From Takakia lepidozioides (taxonomy: Eukaryota > Plantae > Bryophyta): a stretch of 64,000 bases of DNA. The translations under genes and the position numbers were made by a program. The stretch covers positions 12,648,001 to 12,712,000 of the forward strand of contig CM060734.1 of assembly GCA_030704615.1 (NCBI GenBank). The letters run 5' to 3'. The notes beneath the pieces were generated by a model. The model saw only the letters and a program-made list of their open reading frames with translations, did no database searches and had not been told where the DNA came from. Of the stretch, positions 48,346 to 61,000 are shown piece after piece. Within the stretch, counting starts at the first letter, position 1. Each line of letters starts with the position of its first letter.

Positions 48346-51300
48346 ATGGAGAGGAGCGCTGAGCTTCCAAAGTCAAGACTCGTTCAGTGTCCTAAATGCG
48401 AGACGCTTCTTCAGGAGCCCCTTCCTGGCAATCCTTTCTACAAATGTGGAAGATGTTCCACGACACTGCAAGGTCTAGCACCACCTGTTGTCAGTTCCAA
48501 GCAGCTTTTCTTAGAAGCCCCACTTGTTTATTTAACTATTTCTTTCTAGATGGTTGGTTTCTACAGTGGCTTGTTCCAGACCGATTTCTCGCGCCGGTTT
48601 CTAGTGATTGCGGGGGCGTTGGAAGGCCATATTCTTGGGGCCTGATCTATATGTTGTGGCTGTTTTTACAGCGAAACATGCTACTAAAGAAGACATAGAT
48701 ATTCGATTGCAGCAGAAGGCATTGTCGAAGAGAATGCAAGCTGTAATACATCCCAGAAGCGTTTCATCTGACGAGTGGAACAAGTTAGCACACTCAGACT
48801 CTACGAACGAGACTGCAGAACGTCTCTCTGATGATCTCTCCTTATCTGGGGAGGGGTCGCCTACTTGGTCGCCGTCAAGATGGGAGTCCCCCGTCTACGA
48901 GACGAGCGATGGGCCTCAAGCTGTGCGGTCAAACCAGTTGTCGCAAAGGCCAGCGGGACACACGCTCGAGAAGCCCTTTTACCAACCACAAGCCAAGGCA
49001 TCCTGGGCGCAGCACGATCTGCGACCACAGGTGGTGGAGAGTGTGGGCCAAGACTTGCGTCGGCTGGTGGTTGATGACAACGACGAAATCTGTCATCAAA
49101 ACTCCCCGCTCAGGCCTTTGATTGCAGGTCTTTCCTTCGGACCCGCTGCTCAACAAAGGTCAACAACCGTGAGACGGCCTCGCTCTGATGAGATGCTAGC
49201 GAACAGAGATTGGGGTGCTGATGGACACCAGGCCCCAGCAGTCCAATTGCAGAAGCAAGTCGCCTCCAATAAGGGTGCTAACACCAACAAACAGCATAGT
49301 GTCGGGGCGGAGCGAATGCCCCCCTCTTCTAAACTTCGTTGGAAACCTCACCGTTCTGCAGCCACGTCACCCTGAAAATCAGCACGATATGTATGCTGCT
49401 GCAGATATATTGGATTATGAAACTAGTGAGTACTCATCAAATCTGGATGAAGCGGACTCGTATCCAGGCACAGCACCCGAGGGCCTTTCTCGGCCTCAGT
49501 CCAGTGAGCTTGACACTTCTCGCCTTGACCAGAGAGCAATAAGATCGGGTCTTTCTCATTGGGTTCTTGCAGGGGGCATCAATGACCTGTCAGATCCTGG
49601 ACAACAACTTGGCGCTGACGGGTATGAAAGGCGAGTGGTAGATGATGGAAATCAACCTTGCCAGGTCCAGCAAATGGAGTGGCCACAGAAGCCCTCACAT
49701 CAGCCAGTCACTGCAGTGCAGTCACGCACCACAGCTACCTCCCACGTCCAGCCTTCTCCCCTCCAGTCCCCTCGGCACTCCCCTACACATTCACCACTTC
49801 ACCCTTCAGTTGGCAAGTCACATCAAGGGCGTCAACCTGTACACCACACACGGGTTCCTAACTGTCAAGGACAGCTGAAGACGGATCTAAGAGCTTATCC
49901 CCCTCTCCCACGGCTGGGTGATCCTCCCTATGTGGTTTGCCAGTCAGTTGTTAACAGTCCCATCGAACCTGCCTCTGAGCCAAAAAGCATATCAAAAACT
50001 GTGCTGTGGTTCATGCATGAAGATTTCAGTTTTTTTGAAGATTTCCTCTGATTGTATGCCTCCTGTTTTGATGTCTGATAATCACGCACCGTCAGCTATC
50101 ACATCTCCAAAGGCATCTGGACTGTCAGCGGATTTTTCAAGTGCATCATCACTGTCTTTGAATCCCCCACGTAGCTGCGGAGGACAAGTTGGTCTTGGTT
50201 CTTGGCTGGAGATGGATGTTGTGGACAGAGCGTATGTCCCAACGAGCTCGGGAATATCCGCTCGCCTGCCTCCCTCTGCAAGGCAATACCCGCGAGTTTC
50301 TTCAGGATCCAAGTTGTCAGCTATTACTTCAGCTGCTGATGCGTCTGCAATAATGCCACAAACTCCTGTATCAAACGGATCAGGGGAGCTGAACGGAACT
50401 CCATTTGCCATGCAAGGTCCTGCTTCTCCACGATCAAAGTTGTCAGCTATGACTGCAGCTTCTGTTGGCTTGGCTGTGCCGCATGCTCCTATGTCAAATG
50501 GATCAGGGGAACTGAATGGTAGTACGCTTGGTATGCAAGGTGGGGTCCCTCCCAACTTTTCTGTATCCAGTGAAGGGATGCCTAATCGCACTTTACATGT
50601 GCCTTTGTTGTCAAGTTCCGATCATCCTGTGTACAATGTCACAGCACATGGATCGGGCAGTGACAATGAAGGGCACCCTTCTCGGGAAGGGAGGCTGCTC
50701 CAAATAAGCAGTGAATCTGAGATGGACTCCCCTAGACACAGGGCACGCATGTCTGCCTCTGGATCTCCATTCCATGAGCATTCCGGTTACAAGTCTTCCC
50801 ACTTGTGTGCCCATGATGCAACTGTGGCAACCCCATATTCCAAAGATGAGGTGCAAGTCCAAGGAGCTCCTAAGGGCGTGAAGAGTTTGAAGGGCTTTCT
50901 GAGGAAAAGTGTGAAGGAATTGACCAAAAGCAAGCAGGCGCTGCGGACCAGTCAGTTCCGACGCAAGGTTTCAGTGAATGGTACTGCCGTACCTGATGCA
51001 GCAGTCAGAAGCGCCGAGGACTATGCTGGACCTATCCATCCAGGCTCTTACTGGTATGATCTGTACACCTCTTTCCCTTGCCAGTTTTACTACATGCCTC
51101 AACTAGTTCTCTTGACTTTGGTTACTTCTTGCTGGTGCTGGTATTCGCAGCAAAGCATTGTATTCTGTTTGAGATTTCCTGTTGAGTGTGCACACACAGC
51201 AATGTCTGAGTTATGTGGATTGCTGTAACCTGCAGGTACGATTTGCAGGCCGGCTTCTGGGGTGTCATGGGTGGACCATGTCTCGGTATTATCCCAGTAA

Positions 51301-52129
51301 GTTATCTCAACCTCTGTTCCAGATTGTTGTTTTCTGAAGTCTGTAAAACTCGAAATGTGTTGAATATTGCCCACATGGCCAGATTTATTGGCAAATCTGA
51401 CAGAAGGTGGGGTGACCTGGCAGCCCTATATCAAAGAACTGAACTATCAGCTGCCAAGCCACTGCTCGGGCGGCAAGACAGGAATTCTGATGAATGGGAG
51501 GGAGCTGCACCGAAATCATTTGGAGTTACTTGCGCAGCGTGGCATGCCCACCACTTCAGGCATGGCATACAGGTTGGGTGTCAATGGTCATCTCATGGAA
51601 GCAGTATCTGGCACCAAGCTACATGGTCTTGGGCCACTTGCACCCTCGTATGTTTACTATGCTACATGATCATTTTTGTCCCTTGGGTCGTCATGAATAC
51701 AAGACCTGATTCTGCTGCCATTGCTTCATTTGCACCTGCTTTGGCAAATGGAAGTGTCCAATACATGTGGGTGACATGTTCAATTTGGCTTTAGTCGGCT
51801 CTCATGAGGTACTTAGCAGTGAGTTTCCATGCGCACAGTTTTGTTAATCTTTAGATTCTGAATAATCCTAAATCTGATTGACTGGTTATGGTAGAGGGAA
51901 GAGGTAACACTGTATGGTCTAGATCTACCACTGTGGCACATTTGCCCCAAATAGTTGCTCAGAATAGTACCTCACATACTGCCAACCCTGTCCTAATGAG
52001 TGGCAAAGCTGTGACGTGGACAATGGGGAGGGCTGGAGAGAAGCTGATTGTGATATATCTGTTGGCAGGTTGGAGCAAACTGGGCGGGGCCATGGCATGT
52101 GTGTTCCAGCAAGCTATAAAGTGGCATGA
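48346..52129 (+). pseudogene. EDR4-like zinc-ribbon protein gene (exons 48346-48472, 48672-51053, 51236-51296, 51424-51647, 52069-52129) with two apparent frameshifts in the large exon
   Basis: N-terminal RLVQCPKCETLLQEP..FYKCGRCSTTLQA; central PYVVC..QLL.VP..KLCCGSC; C-terminal VSVNG..VPD..VR.AE..AGPIHPGSYWYD..AGFWGVMGGPCLGIIPPYIKELNY..CSGG.TG...NGRELH..LAPSLE..G.GM. GT-AG junctions in phase. May be an intact gene with sequence errors. Confidence 0.8.
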
Positions 52130-53227
52130 ACTGGTAGCAGGGGAAATGCGCACATATACAAGGATTATTGTGTTGATTTGTATAAAAGAGATGTTATCAC
52201 CCAAGATTATACACACACCTCAGGAAATTCGGTGTCTGAAATGTAACTCCAGAGCGCGATTGAACTTGAAATCAACATTTGTCTAATGGTAGGCTGTACC
52301 TCAAAATGCTCTCTCCTTGTATTGAGAAATTGATGATATCCATCATCGTTTGCCCCGGAATTTGCTGGTTTGATTTGCAGAATTGGTCACTAGTCAAAAA
52401 GATTATTGGAATTGGTATGTAACATTTTTTTGCCATGAATAAGAAGTGTCTTTTGGTTTATGACGCAGCACGTTGACAGATGGAGTAATGCTGTTTTTAC
52501 TTGCATGCATCTCCTTCAAGATGCAGTGATGAATGGAAATACCCAGCATTACCTAAAATGAAGTTGTGGGTAAATTAACTAGCTTGGTTGGAAATGTATC
52601 TTCCGCAGGTTTTGCGTAAGAGGCGAGAAGATAATGTAGCTCCAAGCAACACTAGGGGATGGAGCCCCTGGCTATGATTGATTTATCTGAATCCAGGCCA
52701 TACATCGCGTTGGCCTAGTTTTGATCGGAATTGATTCTTGCAAGACCCTTCACACAATGGTTCATCACAATTCAGTCAATACAGTTTGAGCCAAGTTATC
52801 TGAGAAACCAACACCTGATGGTCCAGCACAATTCAGTCAAAGTTTGACTCGTGTGCCGAGTTATCCAAGAAACTACAGGTGTTGGTTGGTGTGAGCAATA
52901 AAAGCAGCATGGCCATTTTGCTTCTTTCCTATGGGTTTCATGTATCACTACAAATAAAGGCAACATTCCCCCATGGGATTGGATTGGAAAGATGTTTGTA
53001 GAGCATAGGAGCACTAATACAGACATCCACATGCTAGATGTCTTTAGTGATACTTTCTTTCCTACAAACATGTTTCAACTTGAGCACAGGTGCATCCTTA
53101 TATCTTTTCATGTGCACTGTTTGTGTCCATGACCATATTCCATGCACCCCCTTGTCAAAGGTCAGCTTTGCAGTTGTGAAGTTGGGAAGCGTTAGTTGCC
53201 AATTGTGTGCATGGTTGGAGATGGTAT

Positions 53228-53382
53228 TGTTAGAAAGTTGCTGTTACAGTGTTGCAGCTTCAACATTCTAACAGACCCCAACTCTTAGGATGCGATTCGA
53301 GAAGTCACATAAATCGGTTGTGTAACCATTGGAGTACCTACTCAATTTTGTAACTATAAAGGAGAGTTGTGTCTCTCACAAG

Positions 53383-53414
<32 letters not shown>

Positions 53415-54410
53415 AGATATATATTAAATATGAGACACTTCCTATATGATCAATAAAGTATGTAATTGTTGTTATAAAGAATCTAGGTTCTCAATGTGTA
53501 CAATTTGCTACATGGTATTAGATGACAAGGTTGTCACATTGAGACAATGAGAGTCTACTAAGAATAAATAGAAATTTAGAGAAAGAGTTGACATTCTATT
53601 TAGAGAAAGAGTTGACATAATGTCAACAGCTAGCACAAGTACCGGTGGCCCAAGTGGCCCTGCTGGTACAAGTAGTGCTTCTGGTGCTACTAGTGGTGGT
53701 TTGAATGTCCAAGCCATTACATATAGTCACTATACTCCTGACTTGAGGGAAAATGATAGATTCAATGGCTCTAACTATGAAAAGTGGAGCATTAGATGCA
53801 AACATATTTTAGAAGAAAGGGAGTTATGGGGCATAGTGGATGACAGCATACCCAAACCTGCTTTGAATGCACCACCAACAGATATAAATGCATGGAATGT
53901 GGGAGACAGATGAGCAAGGAATAGTATAATGATGAATGTGGATAATAACCACTTACATCATCTTGAGGGAGTGAAGAAGCATGGGAACAACTTGCTAATG
54001 TATTTCAGTCAAATGATTTAATGTCTAAAGTATACATAATTAAAACCAAAATGATTCACTAGAGCAGCATGTCAATAACTTTCGCTCGTTTAGAGCTAAG
54101 TTAGCAACTATAAGCATTGTCTTACAAGAAGAAGATGCAGCTACAGTTTTATTAACTACTCTACCAGAGAGTTACAGAGGGGCGGTACAAGCACTATAGA
54201 ATGTTGTAAACCTCACTTTAAATAGGGTAGTGAGTGCACTCTTAATGGAAGAGTCAAGTAAGAAAAACCTGAAAACTGGGACAAACGAAAATACCTTATT
54301 ATATACATGTACAAAATTCAAGAAAAAGAAGGATGTTACATGTCATGCACATGGAAGAAAGCAGCCTGGTGCTAGCAATGGTAAACAACAGTATAGTCCA
54401 GTGACAGAAT
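53228..54410 (+). mobile_element. Ty1/Copia 5' remnant: 285-bp LTR (53228-53512), PBS (53513-53524), degenerate gag
   Basis: TGT...ACA ends; TGGTATTAGA similar to tRNA-iMet PBS; gag FNGSNYEKWSIRCKHILEERELWGIV, LLTTLPESY; stops and frameshifts. Confidence 0.88.
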
Positions 54411-55518
54411 GAGTAGATTCCAGCAAAGAGCAGGGAAGGTCAGGGTTATGTGGGGACTTACTCTTGTGGAGGAGAGGTGGTTAGTGATTGGTGTCAAGGG
54501 AGGTAAGCGCTCCAGTGTCTCCGAGTACCATTTCCAAAGGCACCGACTTAGGGTGGACGATCTGTGTAGTGTCAATAGTAACAACTTGTCACCTGCACAA
54601 GCTGGGGAGGTCCTTGTTGCCAGGGTTTTGAGAGAAAAGTGGGTATAGGGGGGCAGAAGTGCACCTGATGTAAGAGGTACTAGGGAGGTTGTACATACTT
54701 CGAAGGTAGTTGCAGGTTCGCATGTAGGAGCAGAGTACTGGAGGTGGGTGGTGGTGGTGCTTGAGAAAGGTCCATCTCCGTGTTTAAAGGGGTTGTGCCG
54801 ATCTTCACCGTCGCAGATCGTAGCCTGATAACCCACACCGGGGTGGTGCCTTGAAGTTGGCTGTCTGCTGTTGCCGTAGAGTGAACAGTACACCGCGCAT
54901 GGGGGGCCTCTCAAGTAAGCCTTGGCGAGGAAGTAGGGGGGGGGAGCATACCCGGCCAGAATTGTGAGCAGCTCGTCGGGGACGCTCAGTCCAAAGAGGA
55001 CATCCAAGTGAATCGTGGGGGGTACTTTGGCTGTCGGTTGTATAACCATGTCGTAGAATACATACAGCCACTGACTGGAGAACTCCAGCAACCTAAGAGA
55101 ACCGTGCTTGCCAGTTTGTAGTAGATCGGTCTCGCAAACATCCCAGATGGGTGGCAACTGGTAACAATTCACCGACCTGCTGCTCAAGTACATATCTTTA
55201 AAGTGTTGCACCATACCAGGAAAGGCGACATGATTTGCAAACTCAGTAAAGTGGTGGGGCTGCTGCTGACCATGCCCGATGGCATACTGTTTAGTGGCCA
55301 GTGCGATAAAGAAGCTTGAGTAAGGGCTCCTGGGCTCAGTGCGGACAATAACCCTGCGGTAAAGAGCTTAAAACGTGTGTAGCAGGGTGGGGAAGGGGAA
55401 TACGGTGGGGCCACAACCAAATGAGGTGATACAGAGTGTGTAGCGAGAGGAAGAGGCGGGCAGGAGAGCTACGGCGGCAGACCTCGCTAATCTCGGTAGT
55501 CTTGACTTGAGTGGCGAA
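54411..55518 (-). other. Unassigned insertion with a 280-aa ORF; possibly the 5' part of a retroelement
   Basis: Abruptly joins Copia gag and a CACTA exon; C/A-rich coding strand like the LINE at 34426; no recognisable domain. Confidence 0.25.
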
Positions 55519-55626
55519 ACCCTATCTTGCTATCAAGAAGGGCCATATTGTGTTGGTTGCCATTGTGCCAGGTGAATAACACAATTCTTTATTGTTGTTT
55601 AGGTTGTTCCTGGTAGTACAATGTCA

Positions 55627-56555
55627 TTGGAAGTCATTAGGGTGTCCACCAGTGTTGGGCGGTTACCGGCTGGGACCCAAGTTAACCGCCGGTTCAGGTT
55701 TAGGTTAACCGGAACTGGGCCCATTCCTAGAGAACCTGACCCGGAACCGGAACCTGCCAATGGGGATCGGTGCAGAACCGAACCGGCGGTCCTGTTGGGT
55801 GTGAGAACCGGAGAACAGGGGCGTTCGGGGATAAAAACAGGTTCTGGTTCTTGAACCCACTTAGAGAGCTGGTGGGCCCAGGGCAAAACTTCTTTAATGC
55901 TCTCAAGCTCCTGAGATCTTGGGTTCAATGCTTGAAGGCCATGAGATTCTATGTTCAATGCTTCAGCGCCATGACCTTGGGTTCAATCTCCAGCTCCATG
56001 ATATCCTGGCTAAGTTCATTAATAAAATGTTTGAAGATGCCAATACTTGCCAGGTAGCTGAATAGTACTTTTAACCCATAAAATTTTACCCATTTTCTTC
56101 TACCAGTCTATTTAGAGTATTTTTGTTTGTTTTTTTGTGTTAGTGAAAACTAACAAAATCGTTGGATTTTAGTTCAAATATGTGAATACACTGCTATTTA
56201 ATCTACTGGACTGATAAAATATTTTAAAATCTAATTAAATTAAACAAATATATTTTTAAAATAGAACCGGAACCTAACTGGGAACCGATGGTTTTAATCA
56301 GCAACTAACCGGTAACCGGAACCGCCCCCATGTTTAAAAGTTGGATCCGGAACCGGCTCAATAAAAAAAAACCGGAACCGGATCCGGAACCGTCTCTTGA
56401 AATAATTGTGGAACCGGAACCGAAGGTTCCTTCACAAATGCAAGAACCGCCCAACACTGGTGTCCACTTTCCCACCAGAAGGCAATAGCCCTATGGGGTC
56501 AAGTGACACCATAAGTTACGCTTGCTTCAACAACGCGTCCAACTTTTTTTTTTTT
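55627..56555 (+). mobile_element. Tiny retroposon (~99 nt plus T12 tail once the nested MITE is removed), 13-bp TSD
   Basis: TSD TAGTACAATGTCA at 55614-55626 and 56556-56568; paralogous empty site TAGTACAATGTC at ~24860. Confidence 0.8.
55650..56459. mobile_element. hAT-type MITE (810 bp)
   Basis: Perfect 15-bp TIR CAGTGTTGGGCGGTT, 8-bp TSD GTGTCCAC, GGAACC/AACCGG subterminal repeats. Confidence 0.95.
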
Positions 56556-56812
56556 TAGTACAATGTCAAATATATGTAACTAAGATGATTTGTTTTGTTT
56601 GTACTTGAAATGATCTGATATATATTGTAAATAATTTGTGTTGTAGGGAAAAAACAAGTGAAGGACATGGATGTGTGTATGCGTCCATTGGTTGACGAAC
56701 TCAAGCTTTTATGGAATGGAGTTCCAGCTTATGAAGCATCGGCACCCACTGGCCAACGTTCTTTTCTCTTGCGAGGGCTTTTGCTATTGACAATGCATGA
56801 CTATCCAGGTAT

Positions 56813-57170
56813 ATAGAGATGACTCCGGCTGAGGCCGGCGTAACTAAGAGCCATTTCAATCGCCTTATGTCTATTGCCCCATTTCGGGGGTGGGCCCTAT
56901 AAGAAAAATGTGTCCCGGGGACACCAAATATCCATGGGATAGAGGTACCTGGGGTGCCCTAGCGTAATGTAGAAGGGTTGCATTCTAGTTGTCACTTATT
57001 GGTAATAGTAGCTATGAGGGAGCGGAGTGCTCATGTGAGGTGTATGGCCTTGAAGCATTTGTGGATATGAGGTATAGGGATCAAGAAGTTTTTGTGTAGT
57101 GCGGTGATACTGGCATTGTGAATACAGTTCCGGCCGTGATGACAGAGAGTGGACCGGTGTTCCAAGAGAT
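56813..57170 (-). mobile_element. Second 3' remnant of the 34426-35890 LINE family
   Basis: Encodes IP..IHKCFKAIHLT..LRSL...ITNK.QLE as in copy 1 and ends in the same TGGCTCTTAGTTACGCCGGC..CGGAGTCATCTCT terminus. Confidence 0.85.
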
Positions 57171-57203
57171 AAGTTGTCCACCAAGCTTTTCTTGAGGTGT
57201 ACC

Positions 57204-58526
57204 TGCAGCAAATTGTACACATTGAGAACCTAGATCCTTTATAACAACGGTTACATACTTTATTGATCATATAGGAAGTCTCTCATATTTAACCCCTAAA
57301 GGACGAGAGGTGTTTTTGGGTTTTCGGACAATTCCGGGACCCACCCTCACACGTCAGCGGCTACCTGCCCACCAACGTTCATCCATGTGGATGAACCGTA
57401 CAAACTGCTTCCTACCTACAAGATGCACAAGCCCCCTAAATTTAGGGAGATTCCACCGTGTAGTTTGGGAGATTATAACATTTGAAGACGGTGCATTTTT
57501 TTGAAAATGGAAAAAACAAAGAAAAAGTTCATGTTTGACCAAGCAAATTATCCATGATCCCAAATTTTCCTGGGAGAAAAAATGCTATATTCCTGTGAAG
57601 TGCACAATCCCAAACCCTCACACCAAATTTCACCCCAATCTGCCAAAATGAAAGGGGGGGTGCTTTGTATGTGACTGGAATGGGGGTCCAAAAAGAGAAT
57701 TTGCAAAGAAAATGGTATAGGCCCAATTGGGACCCCAAATTCTCCTTCATTTGGGAATTCCAACGGTCAGTCCCTCATAGGCCAAGAACTACACAAGCCT
57801 GCCCAAGAATTTCCCAAAAATTCTCTAAATTGCATTTGGGATGTGGGATTTTGTGAAATTTCCGGCCTCCTCCAGGTCAGGCAATCGGTGGCCGGAATTT
57901 CGCCTGAATCCGGCGACGTTTTCCGGGCCACGTCAAGGTTTCCCATTATTTGCCAGGGCCAGCTCATTCGAGCCGTCCCCGTGTTCCTCGGCGTTTTGGG
58001 GAGGGCCTCACAAGCCCCCGACTCCAACCCCTGCATTGCCCCCCGCCGCAAAATCCCACCCGCGTGGCCGCTGGCACCTGCCACGTCGACGGTCAACTGC
58101 CGTCCCCCCCCCCCTCTACCCAAAATCCAAACTTCAAAAAATTCCTGACGACGGAGTTTTTCTCTGTTGGGGGTGCCATAAAGACCTACGTGTGCAGCTC
58201 GTTCCGCGCTACATTTTTCGTTGAAGCCGCTCATTCATCGGACTTCATCCGTGCATGCTATGGATGGATGAAAAATTGGGCCGACCCGATTCGGGTCGGC
58301 TCGTCGTTTAGGGGTTAATATATATATATATATATATATATCTCTCTCTCTCTCTTTGTGTGTGTTCTTGTGAGAGACACAACTCTCCTTTATAGTTCCA
58401 CAACTGAGGAGGTAGTCCAATGGTTACACAACCGATTTATGTGACTTCTCGAATCGCATCCGAAGAGTTGTGTCTATTAGAATGTTGAAGCTGCAACTCT
58501 GTAACGGCAACTTTCCAACACTCCCC
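57204..58526 (-). mobile_element. Copia 3' LTR (57204-58520) with short polypurine tract GGGGAG, interrupted by a TTAA insertion
   Basis: Reverse complement of LTR 53228-53512 in two pieces (57204-57292, 58315-58520). Confidence 0.88.
57293..58314. mobile_element. Non-autonomous piggyBac-like element (1022 bp)
   Basis: TTAA on both flanks (57289-57292, 58315-58318); TIR CCCCTAAA(G/C)GACGAG 14/15; single TTAA at the empty site in the other LTR (~53423). Confidence 0.75.
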
Positions 58527-58744
58527 ATGCAACGAAACATTTAAGAATTTTAAGTCTATCTTGTAAATTTGAATCTACTTGAAATTTTTCTAATTTCATG
58601 GTCCGAGTCTCAAGGAAGTCGATATCGCAAGCTCCTTCTCGTGGTCCGTATCGAAATGGATTCCATAAAAAATGCAATGACTTAAAAAACAACTATGTGA
58701 GTGAGCATTAAATGACTCACGTAGTGCTATAATGAGAATCAACA

Positions 58745-59207
58745 ATATATAATATCACTGACAGAGTGGTTATGTGAAACCCATTCAGTCATTCTGTACT
58801 AATTTCATGTACTTTTAGATAGGTCAAGATTAATATTCATTGGTGTGAAAATACAGGAACGACTCTAGTAGTAGTTTGTTATACGTCTACCAGTATTCAT
58901 CCAGTGGTCAGGTTGACTACTAAAACCACTGTCTCAGTGATCCTTTGTGTCCCACTGAGTAGGGACTATGTATTGGGATGATTACTGACATAGTGGTATT
59001 TTAGTGATTTAGAATACAACTGGAGGAATACAAACCACTATTACAGTAAGTGATTAATTTTACCACTAGTGGATTTGCCTACTGTCACAGTATTAGAAAA
59101 TACCACTAATAGAGTGGTGTGTAAGTACTGATTAGGAATAGGACTGGAGGAACACATACCACTGCTATGGTGATATGTAAATGATTACGCATACCACTAG
59201 TGTAGTG
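58745..59207. mobile_element. CACTA terminus with ACCACT/AGTGGT subterminal repeats
   Basis: Ends CATACCACTAGTGTAGTG at 59207 (reverse complement CACTACACTAGTGG); partner end not found. Confidence 0.6.
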
Positions 59208-59534
59208 AAAGAAAAACCAATTGTGTTCATTTGGTTACTGTCGGTCTCCCCCTAGCCTCTGTAAATGATGGAGCAAAGATGCATTGCCAATTTGGACAGG
59301 CCCACACATTGCAAGTGAATTTGCAAATCAAAATAGTCGTGAAGATTCAAGCTCCAAAATACACAATAGAATCCCAGAGAGTAAGTGTTGGAACAGAGTC
59401 AACAAAATCCAGACATGATGAAAGGTCTCCTTCTACATCTACACGACGTCTCCGCATGCATGCTAAGAACATTGCACTACTTTCCTGCCTTATCCTCACT
59501 ACCAGCAATGTCTCTACCCGGGTGAACCAAACTT

Positions 59535-61000
59535 CTAAGCCATCTTCATGTGCTTCTCTGGCCAAAGACAATTCAAAGATAGGACCTGATCCAACTCTGT
59601 TTGCGGTGGGACCTCTTCCTCGTTAGGATAAGGCAACTTGCAATCTGCAACATGGACATAAGTCACCTCAATACGGAACTGGCCTTCAGGAATATCACGG
59701 CAGTGATATTTATCTTTGCCAGGCATACCACTGATCCTATGTCGCAGTGAGTCAGGATCATACAGGCTGACCTCGTCGTTCACCTTAAACTGCACCCACC
59801 ACCCACCACATAATGATCATGAATGAACCCATGAAGTATATGTATTGAAAACTAGAGATCTTATGTTCACTAAGATGATGAAAGTGTAGTGTACTTTGGG
59901 TAGCATAAGAATATCTGGGACAGTGGCAGGGGGTTTGTATCTTGAGCTTGTCTTTGAAGGCGTCACAATTGGTGCACATGTGGAAGTCTTAAGAACTTCA
60001 TTTTCAGCCTGCAAACATCATCCCCATGGCCCCTTAGCTATCACAAAAGGCAATGCAAATGTCACAACCTGTCAAACCCCACATGCGTAAATGAGGCTGA
60101 AGGTACATGGAGGAGAAGGCAAACAGGTGGAGCAACACTCACCTCCAACATGGAAATTATAGCAGGAACAGATGCCTCCATGAGGCCCACCTGATCCTTA
60201 CTCCCGCTAGAAGTTGGTGTTATGTCACCAATTGCATCAGTCAATTTCAGGGACTCTTTGGCAGCAGTGGCTCTGGTCGAAGTTGCACCTTTTCGGGTGT
60301 ACTTCTTTTTAGCTCCCTTCACGACGGCTGGGGCAGGTGCCTCTGTTGTAGTCTCTTTTTTACATGCCAGAAATAACATGCAGTAGTACATGAGTACGCT
60401 TCATATATATGGCAGGAAGGACAATGCGTAATGGCCCACCAAAGACAAGACAAGATAAAGGCAGACATTTGAGTACCTCTTTCTGTGGGGAGGTAGCCTT
60501 CACAGGAATGGGGTCATCCCCTACTGCCAATTCCCTGCTGCCCCTCTTACCATCACTCTGCGTGGAGAGTGACGAATCAGTAGCAGGCATTGTTGTCCGC
60601 TCCCTCTTACGTGGCAGTTTTTCAGGTTGTCTCTTGTGCCCCACCCTCACAAAACTCACCAAAGGGTCCTGAGGCCTAGAATTTGCCGGATCCCCAACGT
60701 CCGGAGGATCTCCCTGCACCCAAGCAATCCATACCACAGCGTACAAGAGCTCAGACTCTACAAACACAAAAGCAGTAGTTCAACCACGTGGGGTGAAGGT
60801 ACCTCACCGGCGTGGAGACACAAGTCGTAGGGCCACGAGGGTCATACCACCCCTCAATGATAGGGAGATAAGGTGGGATAGTAATTGGAGGAGGGGCGGA
60901 TGTTGCACCTGCCATCATCATTGTCATCAGTGCATCCAATTTTGTGGCATTCTCTTGAGAGGCCTTAGCCACTTGCGTTAATACTGGGCAAGGTTGGGCC
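59535..61000 (-). pseudogene. CACTA TnpA/ORF2-like exons
   Basis: Last exon VSLYD..ISG..YHCRDIPEGQFRIEVTYVHVADCKLPYP....LDQV...CLWPEK resembles the C-terminal domain of En/Spm accessory proteins; upstream low-complexity exon-like segments. Confidence 0.5.

Larger units (their letters stand above)
55519..56812 (+). mobile_element. Second fragment of the 22846-27330 CACTA family (two TnpD exons), intron carrying nested insertions
   Basis: 55519-55575 matches ~24769-24830 and 56556-56812 matches ~24860-25115 nearly base for base. Confidence 0.9.
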
